A stretch of 64,000 nt of DNA from NCBI RefSeq assembly GCF_009914755.1, contig NC_060925.1. The stretch is one strand, 5' to 3'. How positions within the stretch are numbered: the first letter of the stretch is position 1; each line of letters opens with the position of its first letter. The stretch comes from the human T2T-CHM13v2.0 reference genome, Homo sapiens. Both the position numbers and the translations under genes were made by a program. Shown piece after piece: positions 55,457-64,000 of the stretch. The notes below the pieces were generated by a model. That model saw nothing but the letters and a program-made list of their open reading frames with translations, was not told the DNA's origin and did no database searches.

Positions 55457-55624
55457 TTAGGAAAAGATACCATATTTGTAAAAGATAGATAGATCGGACC
55501 ATCTGAAATTGGGAGCTGTCATTTTTTTGGTTGCCAAGGAGCCAACGCCTCTTGTTATTTGGGAGCATCCTCTGTTATGCATGCCTCAGTGGGAAGCAGA
55601 GCTCTGCTTTTGCACCATGAAAGC

Positions 55625-56741
55625 TGTTCTGACACCAATTCTGGGATATCAGGTGGGTGTCCAGCAATTCAGTTCAATTCTGATGCTCACCACCCAGGGT
55701 CTGTGCATACCCCACAGGTTTAAGGGATCAGTTCTCCGTAAGATTGTCCTTGTTACCAAACACCAGCAGTTCAGTCTAGGCCCTTTGCTCACTGCACAGA
55801 AAGCCAATCCCTGAGACAAGTTTTGCTGGGGAAGAAGCCTTTATTCGGGTGATGTCAGCTGCCTCCTCTGCCTCCAACTAAAATGAGGGGTTAATATAGC
55901 TGGGAAGGGAAAGAGTAAGGAAAGGAAGAGGAGTTGGTCAGCAGGAAGCAGATGGTGGGTTAGGCAGTCGTGAGGGGTCTGGTGTCTCCCTGTCTGGATG
56001 TGGTGATTCAGTAAGTTTCACTTCCCTGATACCATCTGGGAGGCCAGAAGGAACTCAGACACACAAATGTAACTTTCAGGCTGAACCCTGGAAGGGTCAA
56101 TTTCTATGTTTACTCAAAAAAAACCCCATAAACATCTGTTCTATGGGGAAATTGGGCCGGTTTCATCCTCACTTCAGATGCCAGCCACACATCTCAGGGG
56201 CTGCCTGCATGTCTGACTCACTGGCTACAAATTCGGGCCACAACCCCTGAGGTTCAAGAGCTGACTAAAATGACTCACAGAACTCACTGACAGTGCTGTA
56301 TTTAGGATTACAGTTTTATTACAAAGGATAGAAACAGACAGATGAGGAGACACACAGGACAAGGTCCAGGAGGGTCATGAGCACAGGAGCTTCTGTCCTG
56401 TGTTCACCCACCTGGTTTAATGGAGAGACAGGATGGGGTAAATCACTGGCCACGTGATGGAACTCAACCTCCAGCCACCTTCTTCTCCCTGGAGATCAGA
56501 GGGTCTGGCTGAACTTCCAACCCTTTAACCATAGGCTTGGTCTTTCTGGCATGGCCAGTCCCTCCCTTGAAGCTGTTTAAGGGACCATAGAGTCACCTCC
56601 TTAGCATAAACTCGGGTATGGCTGAAAGGGGCTTGTAATGAATAGCAAAACATACTCCTATCCCTTGGGGAGTCCCAAAGGTTTTAGAGTTAACTCCCAG
56701 GAATGAGGGACTAAGACCAGACAAATTCTTTATTATACCTC
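55625..56741 (-). mobile_element. MER21-type LTR split by LOR1
   Basis: gggtgtccagcaattcagttcaattctga; similar to 29874-31117. Confidence 0.7.
55751..56165 (-). mobile_element. ERV1 solo LTR (LOR1a-like)
   Basis: Minus-strand start TGAAACCGGCCCAATT; 4-bp TSD TCCT. Confidence 0.8.
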
Positions 56742-56813
56742 AGAAGCCAAAGAAGCCCCATATTTCTCTCCAGGCATGGACATGTCCCAGGCTTTGTCCT
56801 GGTGCTTCCACTG

Positions 56814-56852
56814 GTGTGTGTGTGTGTGTTGTTGTTGTTGTTGTTGTTGTTG
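56814..56852. repeat. Compound (TG)n(TTG)n microsatellite
   Basis: Direct reading. Confidence 0.9.
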
Positions 56853-57531
56853 TCCGAAAGCCCAGGGATGGCTAAACAGTAGAAAGGAGAGTTTTACTGT
56901 CAATATCAGTTTGCAAATCAGCAAGAGATAGTCTCTGGCATGGACAAAAGTTACCCTCTCTTCTAAGAGGGAAAGGGCAGGATGGGTCTTATGCCTCACA
57001 GGGCCTGTATTACACAATGGAGCCATACATATTCAGCAGGTTTGAGGGAATAGCTATGCATATTTATAAGGGAGCTGGGCACATGCACAATGAGTGAACA
57101 TATATGTAACATACATCCCATGTTCACTTTGGGGCAGGGTTTTAGCATTAAAATGAGGTGGAATTTGACTCTTAACATCAAAAGGTGAACTATAAGACCC
57201 AAAGGCAATTTGTGCACAGCCTCTATAGGCTGCTGAAACTGGCTTAAGATCTGCAGTTGCTTATCAGAAAATAACATTTGTAAGTCCGGTCCTCTGTCCA
57301 ACAGAGTTGCAGTGGTCTGAGCTGTCAATCAGAGTTAGGAAGGGTCTGACAATCTGCCTGCTAGCTCCTATTGTTAGGGAGTTTAGCAAAGGTGCAGTTT
57401 TCCTGGTAGCTATAGGGATTCAGGGAGTTGCTGTGCCAGGTGGCCCTGAACCCTTGTCCCATAGGTAACTTTTGTTTCCTTAACATTAGAGTTCCCCTTA
57501 GTTGATAAAGGAGTGTCTGTTTTGGTCTCTC
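56851..57531 (-). mobile_element. ERV1-class solo LTR (MER66-like, tentative)
   Basis: Minus-strand start tgagagaccaaaacagac...tttatcaactaag; MER4-group motifs (catcccatgttcactttggggc). Confidence 0.65.
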
Positions 57532-57754
57532 AATAGCATACATAGACACATACACATGCATTTACATTTAGAAAAATAGAAAAATATCTGGAAGAATATA
57601 CCAAATTATATCTTTTAAAGAAGCTGTCTCTTTGGGGCAGGATTGTAGTTGGCTTACACCTTCTTTGTGCCTTTTTGTTTTCATTTAGTCTCAAGATGTA
57701 CAATTTATAGATAGCACTTTTATAATCCAATCCCTGTAGATCTATTTTCTTCAG

Positions 57755-58930
<1,176 letters not shown>

Positions 58931-59275
58931 TTTTTTAAATGTTATTTTAGATTTGGGGGTATATGTGCATGTTTGGTATGTGGATATACCAGTGGGGAGT
59001 GGGTTTCTAGTGTGCCCATTACTCAAATAGTGAACACTGTACCGGATAGATTATTTTTTAACCCTCATCCCCTTCCCACCCTCCCCTCTTTTGGAGACTC
59101 CAGTGTCTATTGTTTCCATCTTTATGCCGTGTGTATCCATTGTTTAGCTCCCACTTATAAATGAGAACATGCAGCATTTGATTTTCTGTCTCTGAGTTAA
59201 TTCACTAAGGATAATGACCTCCAGCTCCATCTATGTTGCTGCAAAGGAAAGGATTTCATTCTTTTTTATGGCTGA
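58931..59275 (-). mobile_element. L1PA/PB 3' end fragment
   Basis: tttagctcccacttataaatgagaacatgc. Confidence 0.85.
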
Positions 59276-59673
59276 TACAGATCTATTTTCAACTGGGTAA
59301 AACACCAAAGCTCACTCTTTGCTTGTTAAACTGCATCTGAGTTTCCTTACACTACAATAGCAGCATCAGGGCATGTCACATCCAGTCCTGCCAGTGTGAG
59401 ATTCCCAGCTCTTTGCTGTCCTCAGAAGGAGGAGGTGTCACTGAGCCACAGGAAGGAGTCTGGGGACCGCTCTCCATTTATGCATCTGGCTGACCCTCTC
59501 TGTGCCCATTTTCTTACAGGGTTAAGGTGCTTGAACACAGGTTACATGAAAGGCAGTAAAACCTTGAACAGAAAATCAGGCACAAGTACAGTGACTGCCG
59601 GTGTGGATTTAGAAACAAGGCTCCTGAAGAAAATGCTCCTAGCCACAGGCACTAGCACTGGCCTTACATGCAC

Positions 59674-60364
<691 letters not shown>

Positions 60365-60599
60365 TGCACCCAAGACAAAACCAGTGTAGTAGAAGACAGC
60401 AACGGCTTGGAGACCGGCCAGTGTGGGTTCCAATGTAGGCCACGCAGTTTAGTGATTTGAGGAACCTTCTACCTCTGTGAAAATTAGTATGACTTCATAG
60501 GATTGCTGCAAAATTAAATGAGACAATGTATGTGAATGCTTAGTTCCTAACATGCAGTAAGTGATCATTAAAAATGAGCTGTCTCTGGCTGAATTGAGA

Positions 60600-61645
60600 G
60601 AGACAGAAAACAGGAAGCATTGGCAAGGGTGTGGAACACCAGATGCTCATACACTGCTGGGTGGGGTGTCCCTTGGTACCACCACTTTGGAACACTGGTG
60701 CTATGGTTTGAATGTCCCCTCCAAAACTTAGGTTGAAACTTGATCCCCAATGTGGCAATGTTGGGAGGTGGGGTCTTTAAGAGATGATAGGATCATGAGG
60801 GCTTTCATGAGTTAATGGGTTAGTGGATTAATGGGTTATCATGGGAGTGGGACTGGTGGCTTTATAAGAAGAGGAAAAGAAACCTGAGTTAGTATGCTGA
60901 GCCCCCTTGCCATGTGATGCCCTCTGCTACCTCAGGACTCTGCACAGTCTCCATCAACAAGAAAGCCCTCACCAATTACAGCCCCTTGACTTGAAGTTCT
61001 TAGCCTCCACAACTGCCAGAAATAAATTCCTTTTTTTTATACATTATCCAGTTTCATGTATTCTTACATAAGCAACAGAATATAGACTAATACAACAGGT
61101 TACTAAAGCTGAATTTATGCATCCCTCTGACCCAGAAGTTCCATTAATAAGTACAGACCCAACAGAAATGCATATAAATATGCACCAAAATGCATGTAAA
61201 AGAATGTTCAAAGCAACATTGTTCATATGGGGCAGACGTGAAAACCTCTTAAATGGGCATCAACAATAGAATAGATAAGCCATCTGTGGTGCAGTCCCAC
61301 AATGCACTACCCAGCATCAAGGACAACAAACTGCATCCACAGACAACAGGGTTGACCCTCACAAACATATTTTTGAGCCAAGAAGCCACATACAAGAGGC
61401 ATATAAAGAACAAAAGTGGGTGAGACTAACCCAGGAGGTTAGAAGGCAGGATCAAGAGAGGCCACCCTTGCTGGGAAAGGTGCCGGGGACTGTGGGCTGG
61501 GGGGCACCCATGTGAACTTCTGCTTCTTGATGTAGGTGCTAGTTACACAGGCAACTCTGTTGATAAAATGTATCAGGCTGTATACTTATTATGCTCTATG
61601 CAAATTTCTATATGTGTATTAAAATTCAATAAATGTTTTTAAAAA
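60600..61645 (+). mobile_element. L1ME-like 3' end with MaLR insert
   Basis: ctcatacactgctgg...accactttgga|...gaatgttcaaagcaacattgttcat. Confidence 0.7.
60699..61094 (+). mobile_element. MaLR solo LTR (MSTB/C-like)
   Basis: tgctatggtttgaatgtcccctccaaaact...gactaataca; near-TSD actgg/acagg. Confidence 0.85.
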
Positions 61646-61769
61646 GAAGACATAGTTTAAAAAACTGGATATAGGATGTTCTGATGCTGCTGCTGAGGCA
61701 TAAGGAGATTCTGATGCAGTTTAATAAGCAAAGAGTGAACTTTTGTGTTTTAGTTGGATGAAAGTTTAC

Positions 61770-61924
61770 AAAAAATAGTGGGGTGTGATGGTGCACCTGT
61801 AGTCCCAGCTAGTTGGGAGGCTAAGGCAGGAGGATGGCTTGAGCCCTGGAGTTTGAAGCTGTAGTGTGCTATGATCACTCCAGACTGAGAAACACAGCGA
61901 GACCCTATTTCTAAAACAAAACAA
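61770..61924 (+). mobile_element. FRAM / Alu right monomer
   Basis: Single right arm with A tail. Confidence 0.8.
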
Positions 61925-62849
61925 TTCTTTAGCTATTTTTAGTATCCCTCTCAGTATCACTCTGCTCAGGGGAGGACAGCAGGTTTGTATGTGCGGATGC
62001 ATCCTCTTTGCAAATTCATTCAGCTCAGTTACACAGAACTCATGACATTTTCTCAAGATGACTAGCTGCTTTGGGTGATGCGCACAGGTTATTTGGGGGA
62101 CGCAGAAATCTGTCACATTTGACCATCTCACCCCTGTGGCCAAAATAATCCGGAATCCCAGCTTGGTCTGGGCTGCACTCCCTGGGGGAAGAACTCAGAA
62201 AGGAAGGAGCTGTGTGCTCAGGTGACACCTCCTCCCTGGACTCTGTCCTGCCGCAGCACCTGCTGCCTTCAGCAGACCAGGCTGAGCTGTTCCCACTGAA
62301 TGCACCCTTAGCCCTGTGCTCCACAAGGGGCCTGCAAAATGCAGGATCTCACTAAGCTTAAAGAAAACCAGGAATTTCAGAGACGAACAAGAAAGAGGAG
62401 TGCTCCTCTGAAGTGAATCAGTCCCTGCAATCCAGCACATATTCGACGAGGTATGCATGCAAGTGTGCTTTGTTTGAAGAGCCCTACTTTAAGATGGGAA
62501 ATGTGTATGAGGACAGAGGAATCTTCCCGTTTACAGAACAATTCCCTTCTGCCTTCCCCCTTCCTTCCCTCTCATAGCTGGTTAAATGAAAGGGGCAGAA
62601 GACTTTCAAAGTGTGTTAAAAGCCAGTGTTCTAAATAAGCCATTTTTTTTTTCCTTTTAAAATGTTCTTTTTTGGTATTTGTTTGGCATGCCGTAGTCCT
62701 TGGTAAAATTCTTTCAGAAAATTTCAGGAGATCTCAATTTACTAAAGGGAAAGAGAATTGCCCCATGGCTTCATAATAGTAGAATTCAAAGTCAGAGAAA
62801 TGGTGGCTTGGAAAACCTAAGGGAAAATGCTGGGGACATTTTCCTATAT

Positions 62850-63350
62850 ACACTTTTAAAGTTCAGAATAACATGCTCACAGAAAATTGCAGAAGTCAAA
62901 GTATATGGTTTGAGAAATATTCATGTAACCACCATCCAAATAGACAATTACCCTCCTCCCAGTCATGTCCATACCCTTCCAGCATTACAGATTAATTGTG
63001 CCTTGTTTTGAAATATCAACTAAAAGTGGGATCGCACCAAACGTATAATTTGTGATGGCTTCTTTTGCTCAATGTTATGCTGGTGGATTCACCACATTGT
63101 TAAGTATGGTAGCATTTCACTCACTTTTAATGCTGTCAAAAGAATGCATTTTTTTTCTTTCAAAGTGTTAATACTGGTTATCTCTAGGTGATGGAAGTTT
63201 CTTTTATCAATACATAATAGTTGTACATATTTTGGGGGTACATGTGACTTTTTGGATACCTGCATACAATGTGTAATGATCAAATCAGGGCAATTGGGAT
63301 ATTCATTACCGCAAACACTTCTCTTTATATTGGGAACATTCACAAGAATA
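62850..63350 (-). mobile_element. Old L1M fragments (two ages)
   Basis: catgtaaccaccatccaaat; tacatattttgggggtacatgtga...aatgatcaaatcaggg. Confidence 0.65.
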
Positions 63351-63654
63351 CATTTTTGACACGCATCCATGGCAATCCTGAGGCAGGCAGCCCGGGCCTC
63401 TCTGTGAGAGATACTGCACCAGACCCAGGCGGCACAGCTCACAGCCCTGTTCTTCGGGACCTTAGAATCACAACGGCAGAAAACATAAAAATAGCCCCTC
63501 AAGAACCAGAGCCAGGTCCTGAGTTTAACTGAGGTCAGGAGCAATTTTGCAACCCCCTGGCTATAATCTAAAGTAATGCTGTGGAGAAGCTAGAGGTTGG
63601 AAATCGCTTTTTTCCCCATGGGGTCAGCAATATCAAAATCCCGGAGGAAAGAAG

Positions 63655-63731
63655 GTGTGTGTGTGTTGTGTGTGTGTGTGTGTGTGTGTGTGTAAGTGAA
63701 TGTGTATGTGTGTGAGCATGTGTGTGTGTGT
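63655..63731. repeat. (TG)n microsatellite, interrupted
   Basis: Direct reading. Confidence 0.9.
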
Positions 63732-64000
63732 GATGGGCTGAACAAAATTAATATGTTGAAGTCCTAACTCCTAGTACCGGAGAATGTGACTGTATTCACA
63801 GATAAGGTCCTTCAAGTGGTAATTAAATTAAAATGAGGTCATTAGGATAGGCCCTCATCCAACATGACTGGTATTCTTATAAGATGAACTGTGGACACAG
63901 ACACACACAGAGGGAAGACAGTGTGAGGATGCAGGGAGAAGCTGACCATCTACCAGACAAGCACAGAGGACTCAGAGGAAGCCGATCCTGCCGACACCCG
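63731..64000 (+). mobile_element. MaLR LTR (MLT1B/C-like), runs off the window
   Basis: atatgttgaagtcctaactcc...aaaatgaggtcattagg; similar to 49401-49781. Confidence 0.8.

Noticed and set aside
56733-57026. Poly-Gln/His-Thr ORF
   Set aside because: Reads through the (TTG)n(TG)n microsatellite and an LTR.

Overview
Catarrhine primate (probably human) genomic DNA, not microbial: AluY/S/J, L1PA/L1M, L2, MIR and ERV1/ERVL/MaLR solo LTRs make up most of the window. I recognise no host protein-coding gene, tRNA/rRNA gene or CRISPR array. The recognisable ORFs are L1 ORF1/ORF2 fragments or Alu/LTR/microsatellite read-through. The main element is a full-length but inactivated ~6.4 kb L1PA7-like LINE (16.9-23.4 kb, minus strand) with a target-site duplication (TSD). 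About 20 solo LTRs are present, several in multi-layer nests with intact TSDs. The most notable observations are a templated ~130-150 bp insertion with a 20-bp flanking duplication, two template-switch hairpin scars, a possible short L1 3' transduction, an LTR retaining CRE/NRF1/CCAAT motifs next to an RFX X-box, and two splice-site-bounded candidate exons (one an 18-nt microexon) in repeat-poor DNA. I cannot support a claim of a new biological system. Repeat subfamily names come from memory of consensus sequences and need RepeatMasker/Dfam confirmation; boundaries of old repeats are approximate.
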